NCBI GenBank assembly: GCA_965208835.1
Contig: OZ242358.1
Span: 3,456,001-3,520,000, forward strand
Direction: 5' to 3'
DNA: 64,000 nucleotides
Origin: Candidatus Latescibacterota bacterium
Lineage (GTDB): Bacteria > Latescibacterota > UBA2968 > GCA-2709665
The notes under the pieces are model-generated. The model did no database searches. It was not told where the DNA came from and saw only the letters and a program-made list of their open reading frames with translations. Position numbers and translations under genes: made by a program. Shown piece after piece: positions 38,561 to 48,999 of the stretch. The number at the start of each line of letters is the position of its first letter. Position 1 is the first letter of the stretch.

Positions 38561-39082
38561 ATGGAACTCATCAAGCTGTTTGTATCATTCACAAAAGTTG
38601 GCATCTTCGCTTACGGCGGCGGACCGTCCATGATTCCGCTGGTTCAGGAGGAAGTCGTTGACGTGCACGGCTGGATGACCATTGAAGAATTCACCGACGC
38701 ACTCGCCATGGGCTACGCCCTTCCAGGTCCTATCGCCACGAAAATGGCAGCCTACATCGGTTATCAGGTCGCGCAGACCCCTGGCCTGATCGTCGCCCTT
38801 CTGGGCACGGTCTTTCCGTCTCTCCTTCTGATGATGATCCTGGGACTGTTCTTCATGGCGTACAAAGGCGCGCCGGCAGTCCAGGCAATGCTGAAGGCGG
38901 TCCGGCCGGCGGTGGTCGGTCTGCTTCTGGTGGTGGTCTGGCAGATGGCGCCCAAGTCGGTGACCTCATGGCACACAGGTCTGATCGCGCTGGCAGCCTT
39001 TGCCGCCATCCATTTTCTGAACCTTCATCCAGCCATTGCTATCGTCAGCACGGCAGTGCTGGGTCTGGTCGTCTACCGCTAG
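38561..39082 (+). CDS. Short-chain chromate transporter (CHR family)
   Basis: FTKVGIFAYGGG, ALPGPIATKMAAYIG, RPAVVGL; GGAGG RBS. Confidence 0.88.
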   Translation: MELIKLFVSFTKVGIFAYGGGPSMIPLVQEEVVDVHGWMTIEEFTDALAMGYALPGPIATKMAAYIGYQVAQTPGLIVALLGTVFPSLLLMMILGLFFMAYKGAPAVQAMLKAVRPAVVGLLLVVVWQMAPKSVTSWHTGLIALAAFAAIHFLNLHPAIAIVSTAVLGLVVYR

Positions 39083-39124
39083 TTCGGCGGTTCCGGCGTC
39101 ACGCTCCCGGGGGCTCATATTCAA

Positions 39125-40153
39125 ATGAAGGACTACTCGATCCTCGAACGTAAAGCGCTGAAAAACAATCCCTTAAGCGATCGGGAAATGCTGGCGGCAC
39201 TCGATACGCCGGACGAAGACCTGCTTCTGCTGATTCACGCGGCTTATCGGGTTCGCCACCACTTTTTCGGGAACAAAGTACGGCTGCACGTTTTGCAGAA
39301 TGCCAAAAGTGGACTGTGTCCGGAAGATTGCGCGTACTGCTCCCAATCCGCAGTGTCGACCGCGGCCATCGACAAATATCCGCTGTTGCCTCGCGAGCAG
39401 ATTCTCGACGGCGCCAGAAAGGCCAAGGCGGGAAAGGCACTGCGGTATTGCATCGTCACCAGCGGAAGAGGCCCCACGGGCAGAGAAGTGGAGACCGTTG
39501 CCGACATCGTGCGCGAAGTCAAACAGACCGTCGATATCGACATCTGCTGCTGTATGGGGCTGCTGGACGAAGCACAGGCCAGAACGTTGAAAGCAGCCGG
39601 CGTGGACCGGATCAATCACAACCTCAACACCAGTGCCGGACATCATGGCAACATTGTTACCACGCACACCTACACGGACCGGTTGAATACCCTTAAAGCC
39701 GTCAAGGCCGCCGGACTCGAAACCTGTTGTGGAGGAATCATCGGGATGGGTGAATCCAAGCAGGACATCGTCGACCTTGCTGTCGCGGTTCGGGAACTCG
39801 ACATCGATTCGATTCCCGTCAACTTTCTGCACCCCATAGATGGCACGCCCCTTGCCGGGCGCAAACCGATGTCGCCTCAGGAAGGCCTGAAGGTTCTGTG
39901 TTTGTTCCGCTTTGTCAATCCGAATAAGGAAATCCGTATGGCGGGCGGACGGGAACTCACGCTCGGGTCCCTCCAGGCCCTGGCCCTCTATCCGGCGAAC
40001 TCCCTGTTTATGGAAGGTTATCTGACAACCGGAGGACAGTCCACCTCGGAGACCCATCGACTCATCGACGACATGGGATTCGAAGTCGAAGAGCAGTGGA
40101 AAACTGAAGATGGAACGAACGTGCCGGCAGGCACGTTGATTGCAGTCACATAA
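39125..40153 (+). CDS. bioB: Biotin synthase
   Basis: NAKSGLCPEDCAYCSQS, NHNLNT, CCGGIIGMGE, SIPVNFL, IRMAGGRE. Confidence 0.96.
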   Translation: MKDYSILERKALKNNPLSDREMLAALDTPDEDLLLLIHAAYRVRHHFFGNKVRLHVLQNAKSGLCPEDCAYCSQSAVSTAAIDKYPLLPREQILDGARKAKAGKALRYCIVTSGRGPTGREVETVADIVREVKQTVDIDICCCMGLLDEAQARTLKAAGVDRINHNLNTSAGHHGNIVTTHTYTDRLNTLKAVKAAGLETCCGGIIGMGESKQDIVDLAVAVRELDIDSIPVNFLHPIDGTPLAGRKPMSPQEGLKVLCLFRFVNPNKEIRMAGGRELTLGSLQALALYPANSLFMEGYLTTGGQSTSETHRLIDDMGFEVEEQWKTEDGTNVPAGTLIAVT

Positions 40154-40168
40154 CGCCTCCCGCAACCT

Positions 40169-42049
40169 ATGTGGACCTACGATAAACACTACGATATCAT
40201 CGTTGTGGGCGCGGGGCACGCCGGAACCGAGGCGGCCCTGGCGGGCGCGCGCATGGGGTGCCGCACGCTGCTATTGACGATGAATCTGGACACGGTCGCC
40301 CAGATGTCCTGCAATCCGGCGGTCGGAGGGATTGCGAAGGGCCACATGGTGAGGGAAATCGATGCCCTGGGCGGCGAGATGGCGCGGAACATCGACGCGA
40401 CGGGGCTGCAATTCCGCCTGCTCAACCGGAGCAAAGGGCCCGCGGTGCAGGCCCCCCGGGCCCAGGCCGACAAAAAAGCATACCAGTTTCGGATGAAGTA
40501 CGTCGTGGAAAGTCAGCCGAACCTGGATCTCAAGCAGGGCCTTATTGAAGACCTGCTGGTTGACGAGGGACAGATCAGGGGCATCCTCACCAGATCCCGC
40601 ACGGTCTTCCTGGGCCGGACCGTCATTCTGACGACGGGCACGTTTCTGAGAGGCCTTATCCACGTCGGGGACCGGTCTTACAGTGCGGGTCGCGCCGGTG
40701 AAGGTTCCGCCGAGCGGGCATCCGGCGGCCTTCGGCAGTTGGGGTTTGAGCTGGGGAGGCTGAAAACGGGGACCCCGCCGCGGATCAATTCACGCAGCGT
40801 GAATTACAGTGTGATGGATGTCCAGCCCGGTGACGAGCATCCGTGTCCGTTCTCGTTCCGCACCGGGGCCATCACACAGGAACAGCTCCACTGCCACATC
40901 ACCTGCACCACACCGGAAACCCACGAAATCATCAGACGGAATCTGGATCGATCCGCGATGTACAGTGGCCGTATCCAGTCGGTGGGCCCGCGGTACTGCC
41001 CTTCAATTGAAGACAAGATTGTCAGGTTCGCAGACAGGGAGAAACACCAGCTCTTTGTGGAGCCCGAAGGCCGTAACACCCTGGAAGTCTACCTCAACGG
41101 TTTGTCAATGAGCCTGCCTGAAGACGTTCAGGTTGAGGTCGTTCGCAGCGTAACCGGCCTTGAAAACGCGGAAATCATGCGGCCGGGTTACGCCGTTGAA
41201 TACGACTACGTCCCCCCGAACCAGATCCTTCCCACCCTTGAAACCAAGCCCGTCGGCGGTTTGTTTTTCGCCGGGCAGATCAACGGCACCACGGGCTACG
41301 AAGAAGCGGCCGGACAGGGCCTGATGGCGGGCATCAATGCCGCGTTGCAGGTCCGGAACGAGGACCCGCTCATTCTGGACCGCGCCCAGGCATATGTTGG
41401 CGTGCTGATTGACGATCTCACGACCAAGGGTACCGAAGAACCGTACCGCATGTTCACCGCATCGGCGGAATACCGTCTGTTGTTGCGGCACGACAACGCC
41501 GACCTTCGGCTGACCGAAACCGGCCGCAAGATCGGGCTGATATCTGACAGCGCGTACGAGTCCTTCAAGCGTCGCGCGGGCGCAATCGTCGCCGAACAAG
41601 ACCGCCTGAAGCGGGTGAGGGTTCCGCCCTCTGACCGGGTCCAGCAATGCCTGCGGAAAGCCGGCACAACCCCTCTCGCTCAGACCGTGCCCCTGATCGA
41701 TCTGTTGCGCAGACCGCAGATCGACTACAGGTTTGTTCAGGCGGTGGCGCCGCCGCCTGAACCGTTGCCTCCGGATGTGTGCCATTCAGTTGAGGTGGAG
41801 CTCAAGTACGAAGGCTACATTCAGCGCCAGAAGGCGCAGGTGGCCAGATTTCAGGATCTGGAGGCAATGCACCTTCCAGAAAACTTCAACTATCTCGACC
41901 TTCCCGCCATCTCCCGCGAAGCTGCGGAAAAGCTCGCCCGGGTGCGCCCTCACTCGCTGGGTCAGGCTTCACGGATTCCCGGTGTTTCACCCGCTGATAT
42001 CTCAGCCCTGATGGTCATCCTGAGAGCCCGTGCGCGAGGCGCGGCATGA
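40169..42049 (+). CDS. mnmG: tRNA uridine-34 carboxymethylaminomethyl modification enzyme
   Basis: GAGHAG, MSCNPAVGG, RLKTGTPPR, GPRYCPSIEDK, AGQINGTTGYEEA. Confidence 0.98.
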   Translation: MWTYDKHYDIIVVGAGHAGTEAALAGARMGCRTLLLTMNLDTVAQMSCNPAVGGIAKGHMVREIDALGGEMARNIDATGLQFRLLNRSKGPAVQAPRAQADKKAYQFRMKYVVESQPNLDLKQGLIEDLLVDEGQIRGILTRSRTVFLGRTVILTTGTFLRGLIHVGDRSYSAGRAGEGSAERASGGLRQLGFELGRLKTGTPPRINSRSVNYSVMDVQPGDEHPCPFSFRTGAITQEQLHCHITCTTPETHEIIRRNLDRSAMYSGRIQSVGPRYCPSIEDKIVRFADREKHQLFVEPEGRNTLEVYLNGLSMSLPEDVQVEVVRSVTGLENAEIMRPGYAVEYDYVPPNQILPTLETKPVGGLFFAGQINGTTGYEEAAGQGLMAGINAALQVRNEDPLILDRAQAYVGVLIDDLTTKGTEEPYRMFTASAEYRLLLRHDNADLRLTETGRKIGLISDSAYESFKRRAGAIVAEQDRLKRVRVPPSDRVQQCLRKAGTTPLAQTVPLIDLLRRPQIDYRFVQAVAPPPEPLPPDVCHSVEVELKYEGYIQRQKAQVARFQDLEAMHLPENFNYLDLPAISREAAEKLARVRPHSLGQASRIPGVSPADISALMVILRARARGAA

Positions 42050-42906
42050 ATCTGGGCGCGACACGGGTGCAGGCCGTTCTTTCGCTGCTGGCCGATCCCG
42101 ATGCCGATATCGTGGAAATCGTGCGGAGCAAGCTTTTCATGATGGGCGAGCCGGCTGTGCGTGAGATCCTCGATGCCGCGCCCGGAGGCTCACCTGCACA
42201 ACGGGAAGCCGGCCGGATTCTGTTGTGCCTCAAGGAACCGCCTCTGGAATCGCAGTTCCGGAATCTCCACGAGGGAACTCGCGGAGACATCGATCTGGAG
42301 ACGGCGTCGTTTACGCTGGCCAAGCTCGAATACCCCGCTCTTGACATTCAGCGATACCGAAGCCACCTCAACAAGATGGCCGAGGAACTGGCGCCTTCGA
42401 TCGCTCCCGACGACCATCCGCTCAGAGTCATCCAGACCCTGAACCGTTATCTCATTGAATCCCAGGGATTCCGGGGTCAGAAAAACGAACCCGTCTGTCC
42501 GGCCTCGAGCTATATGAACAGGGTCCTGGATCGGAAGACAGGGCTTCCAATTTCCATATCCGCGCTTTACATTTTTCTGGCGCGACGGCTCGATCTTCCG
42601 ATACTCGGCGTGGGAATGCCCGTACACTTCATCGTAAAGTACAAAACAGCGGACGGCATGGAGTTCCTTTTCGACCCCTTCAACAAGGGTCAACTCCTGA
42701 CGGCGAACGAGTGTGCGGAATATCTCTCCCGATTCGACGTGGCTTTCGAGCCATCCATGCTGCGCCAGTCATCCGACCGGCAGATTCTCACCCGCATGAT
42801 GTTCAACCTCTGCGCAGCTTACAGAGATCGAAAGGACGCGCGAAAGGTCGACGCCCTCGAACGTCTGGTTAAAATCCTTCTCAAACGTCACCCGTTTCAG
42901 GAGTAA
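42046..42906 (+). CDS. SirB1/transglutaminase-like family protein
   Basis: SSYMNRVLDRKTGLPISISALY, GVGMPVHFIV, FDPFNKG. Confidence 0.82.
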   Translation: MNLGATRVQAVLSLLADPDADIVEIVRSKLFMMGEPAVREILDAAPGGSPAQREAGRILLCLKEPPLESQFRNLHEGTRGDIDLETASFTLAKLEYPALDIQRYRSHLNKMAEELAPSIAPDDHPLRVIQTLNRYLIESQGFRGQKNEPVCPASSYMNRVLDRKTGLPISISALYIFLARRLDLPILGVGMPVHFIVKYKTADGMEFLFDPFNKGQLLTANECAEYLSRFDVAFEPSMLRQSSDRQILTRMMFNLCAAYRDRKDARKVDALERLVKILLKRHPFQE

Positions 42907-43119
42907 CCGGTTCGCTCGATTCGGAAGGCTTCGACCGGAGATTGACGCCGGTTTACCGGCGTCCCCTGTGAGTGCGGTCAGCCGAAATCAGATTTCCACC
43001 CCTGTACATGACACGCTGAAAGCATCCGCCCGCGGTCCTGCACAAGCAGGATCGCGGAGTGACAGGTTTCACACAGCGTTCAATTCAGTGGAACCGGGAC
43101 CCGTCGCCGTTCTGACCCT

Positions 43120-43593
43120 ATGCCCGAAAACATAAAAATCATTGTACAGAACCGAAAAGCCAGGCGGGACTTTTTTCTTGTCGACACCTATGAAGCCGGC
43201 GTTGAACTCAAGGGCACGGAAGTAAAATCACTTCGCCTTGGCAACGCCAATATGGCGGACAGCTATGCCCGCGTGGAAGACAATGAGGTCTTCCTGCACA
43301 ACCTTCACATCGGAGAATACACCGAGGCCAACCGCTTCAATCACGACCCGATCCGGAAACGCCGGCTCTTGCTGCACAGGTACGAGATCGACCGGCTCAG
43401 AGTCCGTACGGAAGAAAGGGGTCTGACCCTTGTGGCCCTTAAGCTTTACTTCAAACGCGGCAGAGCCAAGGTCGAACTCGCCCTTGCCAGGGGCAAGCGC
43501 GAATACGACCGGCGCCGGGAGATCGCCAAACGCGACGCGCAGCGTGAAATGCGGCGCGAACTCAAGGTGCGAGAAACGAGATTTCGAATCTAG
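43120..43593 (+). CDS. smpB: SsrA-binding protein
   Basis: NRKARRDF, EAGVELKGTEVKSLR, RRLLLH, GKREYDRR. Confidence 0.97.
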   Translation: MPENIKIIVQNRKARRDFFLVDTYEAGVELKGTEVKSLRLGNANMADSYARVEDNEVFLHNLHIGEYTEANRFNHDPIRKRRLLLHRYEIDRLRVRTEERGLTLVALKLYFKRGRAKVELALARGKREYDRRREIAKRDAQREMRRELKVRETRFRI

Positions 43594-43650
43594 CAGATCG
43601 CCGCAGTTCAGCCGCGAAGCCGGCAGGCCGGCAACCCTTCGAGACGAACC

Positions 43651-44853
43651 ATGAGAAACGAGAATTGGAGGCGTGTAATTCTCCCCGCCTCCCTGCTGGT
43701 CGCCTGTATCGTGTTTTCACCACCGGGTAACTCCGCCAGCGCGGGACAGACGGAAGCCTCCACTACCATTCCCGCCTGGAGAATCGGTGGCGGCGCGTAC
43801 GTGTCCCTCGGCGACCTGGCCGGGATCCTGGGCGGCCGACTCCATCCCTATCCGTCCGGGGGAAAGATCGGATTGCGCAGGGGAGGTAATCTGATCGTCT
43901 TCACCCCCTTTTCCTCTGTCGTGACCGTAAACGACGTGGGATACAGACTGCCGCTGGAAACGCGATACCACAACACCGAGGCTCTTTACGTGCCGTCAGA
44001 AGCGATCCTGGCGCTGCTGGCGCGAACCCTCCCCGGTTTTCCGAAGGTGCAACCCGTTGAGAAACCGGCCCGCGCGCCGATGCGCGGAATACGGCGGCCT
44101 GCTGCGGGACTACCGCTACGCGGAACGAAAGTCGACCGCAAACGCTGGACGATAGACACGATCATATTGGACCCGGGGCACGGAGGCAGAGATCCGGGCG
44201 CGAAGGGAAAACGAGGGACGAAGGAGAAGGACATTGCATTGAAGGTCTCCATTCGTCTGAAAAAACTGCTTGAAGACCGGCTTGGTGTAAACGCCGTGCT
44301 GACGCGCAGCACGGACAGGTTTGTTACGCTCGGTCAGCGCGCGCGCATTGCCAGAAAGAACCAGGGGAAACTATTCGTGAGCATTCACTGCAACGCGAGC
44401 AGAAGTCGCCGTGCGCGAGGTTTCGAGGTCTACTTCCTTTCCCAGGCCAAGACTGACGAAGCCGCCGAAGTGGCCAGACGGGAAAACGCCGTCCTCGACC
44501 TGGAAGAACAGGACGAATCGGGCGCCGTGGACGAAATCGAAAGCATCCAGTTCGGCCTGCTTTCAACTCAGTTTCTGAAAGAGAGTCAGGATCTGGCGGC
44601 CGATATTCGCGCCGAGGTGTTGGGAAGCCTGAGGCCATTGGCGGACCGCGGCGTCCGCCAGGCCAATTTTTACGTGATGCGAGGCACCATGGGGCACATG
44701 CCTTCTGTCCTCGTGGAAATGGGCTTCGTCTCCAACCCGGCCGAAGAGAGTCAGATGCGAAAGACCTCGTACCAGCGCAAAATGGCCGAAGCAATCTTCA
44801 ACGGAATTCGAAATTTCAAACACCGATATGAACAACAACTCACCCGGAACTGA
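43651..44853 (+). CDS. N-acetylmuramoyl-L-alanine amidase (Amidase_3)
   Basis: Signal peptide; ILDPGHGGRDPG, EKDIAL, FVSIHCNA, SVLVEMGFVSN. Confidence 0.93.
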   Translation: MRNENWRRVILPASLLVACIVFSPPGNSASAGQTEASTTIPAWRIGGGAYVSLGDLAGILGGRLHPYPSGGKIGLRRGGNLIVFTPFSSVVTVNDVGYRLPLETRYHNTEALYVPSEAILALLARTLPGFPKVQPVEKPARAPMRGIRRPAAGLPLRGTKVDRKRWTIDTIILDPGHGGRDPGAKGKRGTKEKDIALKVSIRLKKLLEDRLGVNAVLTRSTDRFVTLGQRARIARKNQGKLFVSIHCNASRSRRARGFEVYFLSQAKTDEAAEVARRENAVLDLEEQDESGAVDEIESIQFGLLSTQFLKESQDLAADIRAEVLGSLRPLADRGVRQANFYVMRGTMGHMPSVLVEMGFVSNPAEESQMRKTSYQRKMAEAIFNGIRNFKHRYEQQLTRN

Positions 44854-45703
44854 TCCGTCCATGCGAATCGACCTGCCCGGCGGCGATCCGGGGTACTATT
44901 ATGATCCCCGGGTTACAGCCGGCATGCACGGCGAAATCAGACTCTCTCCCAGGGTCGAAAGACATTGCAGATGCGGCGGCAGGCCACCGTACCAGATTTT
45001 TCAACAGCCGGATGCCGAACCGGTCTGGTGTCCATGCCGGCGCTACAGGTTGAAGACGCAGGAGATCAACCGGCTCATCGGGAGCTCCGGCATCCCCGAT
45101 CCGTTTCGGTACAAGTTCCTCGACGATTTCGACGACGGTTATGCAGAAAAGGCGGCCGACCTCAAGCGGCAACTGCGCACACAGATCAAACAAGCCCGCA
45201 AGTTAAACCCCTCGCGCGAACCCGGCACGAGGGCGAACGCCAATCAACCGCTAAGAGGGTATTTTCTGACGGGCAAACCCGGCGTTGGCAAGACCTACTT
45301 CTCCTATGTCGCGCTCAACGAGCTCATCTTCCACTCCGGCCGTCCCGGTAAATTCATCAGTCTGTCAAAGTCATTCTTCCAGACACTGCGATTCGCATTT
45401 GACGAAAACAGCCCGATGCACGGCAAGTCCGAGACATTTTTGCGAACGCTCGGCAATGTCCCGTTTCTCGTCATCGACGACTTCGGCGTTCAGCGGAACA
45501 CGGAATGGGAGCTGGAAATGCTCTACAACCTGGTGGATACACGGTATGCCAATAGACGATTCACGATTGTAACCACCAACCAGGACATCGAAAACGTAAA
45601 GGATCTGGCGGAGGGCAGGCTCTATTCGCGATTCTTGGAAATGTGTTATATTGTCCGCATCAAGGCGCCGGACTATCGGGAACAACACAAACATGAATTA
45701 TAG
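44828..45703 (+). CDS. DnaC/DnaI/IstB-like AAA+ ATPase
   Basis: CRC...CPC, SGIP..F, Walker A GKPGVGKT, Walker B LVIDDFG, TIVTTN, RLYSRFLEM. Confidence 0.85.
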   Translation: MNNNSPGTDPSMRIDLPGGDPGYYYDPRVTAGMHGEIRLSPRVERHCRCGGRPPYQIFQQPDAEPVWCPCRRYRLKTQEINRLIGSSGIPDPFRYKFLDDFDDGYAEKAADLKRQLRTQIKQARKLNPSREPGTRANANQPLRGYFLTGKPGVGKTYFSYVALNELIFHSGRPGKFISLSKSFFQTLRFAFDENSPMHGKSETFLRTLGNVPFLVIDDFGVQRNTEWELEMLYNLVDTRYANRRFTIVTTNQDIENVKDLAEGRLYSRFLEMCYIVRIKAPDYREQHKHEL

Positions 45704-45797
45704 GAGATGAGAGCCGGATCTGGATAAGGGTCGGAAGCTCCGACCAGGGATTCACATATCCTGCTCCACGCGTTGCAACTTCAATTGCGGGCTTCAC

Positions 45798-46388
45798 ATG
45801 TCGCGTCTGGTGGTCGCCACCAAAAACCCAGGCAAGCTCAGAGAGATCCGGGAAATACTGGGATCGGAAGTCAGGCTGCTTTCACTGACCGACTTCCCCG
45901 GCGTCGGGGATATCGTGGAGGACGGCAGGACTTTCGAGGCCAACGCCATCAAGAAAGCGCTTGCCGTAGCAAACCATACAGGCCACGTCTCCCTCGCCGA
46001 TGACTCCGGCCTGGAAGTGGACGCTCTCGACGGTGCTCCGGGCGTTTATTCCGCGCGATTCGCGGGCGAAGAGGCCACCGACGAGCAGAACAACGTCAAG
46101 CTGCTCCAACTCCTCGAAGACACCCCCGACGAACAACGTACGGCGCGTTTCCGCTGTGTGATAGCCGTCTGCGCACCCGACGGTTCGGTAGAGACGGCCG
46201 AGGGCACAGCCGAGGGAAGTATACTGCAGTGCCCGCGGGGAACAGGCGGATTCGGTTACGATCCCCTGTTTCTGGTTTCCGGCCTCCGTCGGACGTTTGC
46301 GGAACTGCCGCCCGCCGAAAAAAACCGGCTCAGTCACAGGGGGAAGGCGCTGCAGTCCGTGTTCCCTCTACTGAGCCGGTTTCTCTGA
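45798..46388 (+). CDS. rdgB: Non-canonical purine NTP pyrophosphatase
   Basis: ATKNPGK, ADDSGL.VDAL.GAPGVYSAR, GFGYDPLF, SHRGKA. Confidence 0.96.
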   Translation: MSRLVVATKNPGKLREIREILGSEVRLLSLTDFPGVGDIVEDGRTFEANAIKKALAVANHTGHVSLADDSGLEVDALDGAPGVYSARFAGEEATDEQNNVKLLQLLEDTPDEQRTARFRCVIAVCAPDGSVETAEGTAEGSILQCPRGTGGFGYDPLFLVSGLRRTFAELPPAEKNRLSHRGKALQSVFPLLSRFL

Positions 46389-46411
46389 ACACGCCGCGCC
46401 GATCCGGTCGA

Positions 46412-46627
46412 TCAATCCGATCCGGAATCGTCGACTTTCGGACGCCGCTGGTAACGCCTCACCCGCCGGACGAAGATCCATACCAAACCTGCCACGGCAA
46501 GATATTTCAACACCTCCCACACCCATCCCTCCCATCCCAGAATCACGGGCCAGAGCGCGAATATCGACAGCAATATGAACACGTCCTCGAGCGCCAACCA
46601 GATACGGCGTTCATTGCCATTTGACAT
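46412..46627 (-). CDS. Small membrane protein with two transmembrane segments
   Basis: Two hydrophobic helices and a basic C-terminal tail; GAGG RBS. Confidence 0.65.
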   Translation of the reverse strand: MSNGNERRIWLALEDVFILLSIFALWPVILGWEGWVWEVLKYLAVAGLVWIFVRRVRRYQRRPKVDDSGSD

Positions 46628-46812
46628 GGATGTATCCTCAGATGGTGTTCAGTCCCGGAAACAGATCGTCGAGACCCGGCCGACAAAAAGCAGAAAAATC
46701 AGCTCTCAGCCTGAACCGATTGGCAGATTGACCCCAGGATCACAAATCGAGACGTGGGCGCCATGATGCGGGCCGCAGAAAGGACCGTCCGTACGAGTAG
46801 AACGACAGCGCC

Positions 46813-48999
46813 CTATCGCCCCGCGTCCGTTGTCTGCTGCAGATACGAATAGACCTGATAATTCCGATATACCAGTTTGACGTAATTTCGTGTCTCACGG
46901 TAGGGTATACTCTCGACAAACTCGTCCACGTCGTCAGCCGGGAGCCGGGCCGACCACTTCCGCGCCACGTCCAGTCCCGCGTTGTAGGCCGATAGAGCCA
47001 GGCCGAGCCGTCTGTCTTTGCTATTCCTGAAATACCGGAAATGATCGGCAAGATGCCTGGCCCCAAAGCGAATGGACGTGTGCGGATCCCACAGGTCTTC
47101 GGTAGAATACCCCTTGAGACCCAGCTTGCGCGCAATCTGACGTCCTGTTGCCGGCATCACCTGCATCAACCCGCGGGCGCCCGCTCTGGACAACGCCATA
47201 TCGTCGAATGCGCTCTCCTGGCGTATGATCGCGAGAACCAGATTGGGGTCGAGTCCGAGAGACCCGGCGGTCCGGCTGATTTCCCCCCAGTAATAGGTCG
47301 GGTACAGCCTGCGGAACGAAGTGAGTGAAATCGGCATCCCGCGTTCTCGTTCCAGATTGACGATCAGGCCTGAGATTCGGAGTGCCTGGTTCATCGCTCC
47401 GATACGTTCAAACCGCAGCTGCAGTTCACTCAGAGCGTGCATCTCCTCTCTGTGCGCCCACCTCGCGTGTCTGTATTCCTGTTCCGCTTCCTCGTAGAGC
47501 CCCAGGTCCGCCAGCCTGTCACCTTTCAATAGAAACGGCGACGGCACGTACGTGGGCAGCCGCTTGTCTCCATCCGGAGATGCGGGACCCGGAGGGTGCA
47601 CCGTGTCCTTCAACGCCAGAATCGCGCGGGCCCGGGAAGCGTAGTACGAGGTTGGAAACCCGGCGGCCGCGCGCCTCAGCCATTTTGCGCCCAACTCCGG
47701 ACGTCCCGTCCGCTGATAGGACTTGCCCGTCCAGTAGCAGCCCTGGTCGCGCATGTAATTTTCCGGCGTCCGGTCCGCCAGCTGCATGAAGACGCGGGCA
47801 GCCTCTTCGAACCGACCCAGACGGAAGAGGGCATAGCCCGCCCGCCACCCCGCCCGATCGGCAAGACGGCTCCTGGGGTACCGCGCCGCAAGATTCAGAA
47901 ACACCTTGCGCGCCTTTGTGCGCCTCCCGCGCCGCTCATAGGCCATCGCGGCCTGCCAGAGCGCTTCCGCGGCGCCCGGGGTCGCGGGATACCGGCTGGC
48001 GAAAGATTGGAATTGGCCGGCCGCCTTTAGATCAAGCCCGAGTTTTACGGAACAGCGTCCCAGATAAAACAACGCTTTCGGCACCCGGTACCGCCGATGG
48101 GCTTCCTGAAACGCCCGCTGTGCTGTTCGGTAGTCCTTTTGCTTGAAATGCGCAAGCCCCAGTTCCTGTTGCGCCCGACCGCGCCAGCCGCTCTCACCGG
48201 ACTCCCTCGCGACCTGACGCAAGATACCCACCGCTTCCCGAAACCGTCCATGGCTTGAATAGGCGATCGCCCCGTAGAAGCGTTCCTGCACGGTTCGCAA
48301 CAGCCCCATCGAACACAACGCGGCCAACGACTCCGGCGAATCCGGATGGTCCCGCACCATCCGCAACTGAATTCGCCTCGCCTCCGTGGAATCTCCTGAG
48401 GCGTTCAACGCGTCCGCAAGGCCCGCCAGCGCAGTGACCTTCTTCTCGCTTCCGTCGGGCAACCGGCGGTACAGCGCGGCCGCTTCCGATGCCTGTCCCG
48501 CCCGCAAATGGAGTCCTGCCGCCAGAAGCGCCGCGTCTTCCATCAGGCGCCCCGACGGCCGCACATCGAGAACCCGCGCATAGTACACCAGTGCGCTGTC
48601 TGCCCGCCCGAGCCCGAGGTGGCATTCCGCCTGCCAGAAGTCCATGTATTCGCGGATGGCCTCAGACGCCTTCTCCACGGCGCGAAAACCGGCCAATGCG
48701 TCTTCAAAGCGCCCAAGCGCCTTCAGACACAGGGCCCGTTGAAGCTGCGCCCTGCGAATCGCCCACTCGTCCATCCCCGCCAGATCCAACCCGGACAGGA
48801 CCTGCAACGCGTTCCGGTACGCGGTACGGGCAACCAGGGCCTCAGCCCGCGCCAGCCGGTCCAGGCGCTCGCCCCTGCCCAGCCGCGCCGGCAGCGCCAG
48901 GACAGCCGCCGCGACAAGCGCCAGAGCCACTCCGGTGAGCCAGACGTCCCTCAGCGTTACCCGGGCCGGGCCACTATCGGTCTCGGAACTGGACTTCAT
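46813..48999 (-). CDS. slt: TPR-containing soluble lytic murein transglycosylase (start uncertain)
   Basis: IIRQES, GARGLMQVMP, AYNAG, ETRNYV; N-terminal TPR solenoid. Confidence 0.9.
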   Translation of the reverse strand: MKSSSETDSGPARVTLRDVWLTGVALALVAAAVLALPARLGRGERLDRLARAEALVARTAYRNALQVLSGLDLAGMDEWAIRRAQLQRALCLKALGRFEDALAGFRAVEKASEAIREYMDFWQAECHLGLGRADSALVYYARVLDVRPSGRLMEDAALLAAGLHLRAGQASEAAALYRRLPDGSEKKVTALAGLADALNASGDSTEARRIQLRMVRDHPDSPESLAALCSMGLLRTVQERFYGAIAYSSHGRFREAVGILRQVARESGESGWRGRAQQELGLAHFKQKDYRTAQRAFQEAHRRYRVPKALFYLGRCSVKLGLDLKAAGQFQSFASRYPATPGAAEALWQAAMAYERRGRRTKARKVFLNLAARYPRSRLADRAGWRAGYALFRLGRFEEAARVFMQLADRTPENYMRDQGCYWTGKSYQRTGRPELGAKWLRRAAAGFPTSYYASRARAILALKDTVHPPGPASPDGDKRLPTYVPSPFLLKGDRLADLGLYEEAEQEYRHARWAHREEMHALSELQLRFERIGAMNQALRISGLIVNLERERGMPISLTSFRRLYPTYYWGEISRTAGSLGLDPNLVLAIIRQESAFDDMALSRAGARGLMQVMPATGRQIARKLGLKGYSTEDLWDPHTSIRFGARHLADHFRYFRNSKDRRLGLALSAYNAGLDVARKWSARLPADDVDEFVESIPYRETRNYVKLVYRNYQVYSYLQQTTDAGR

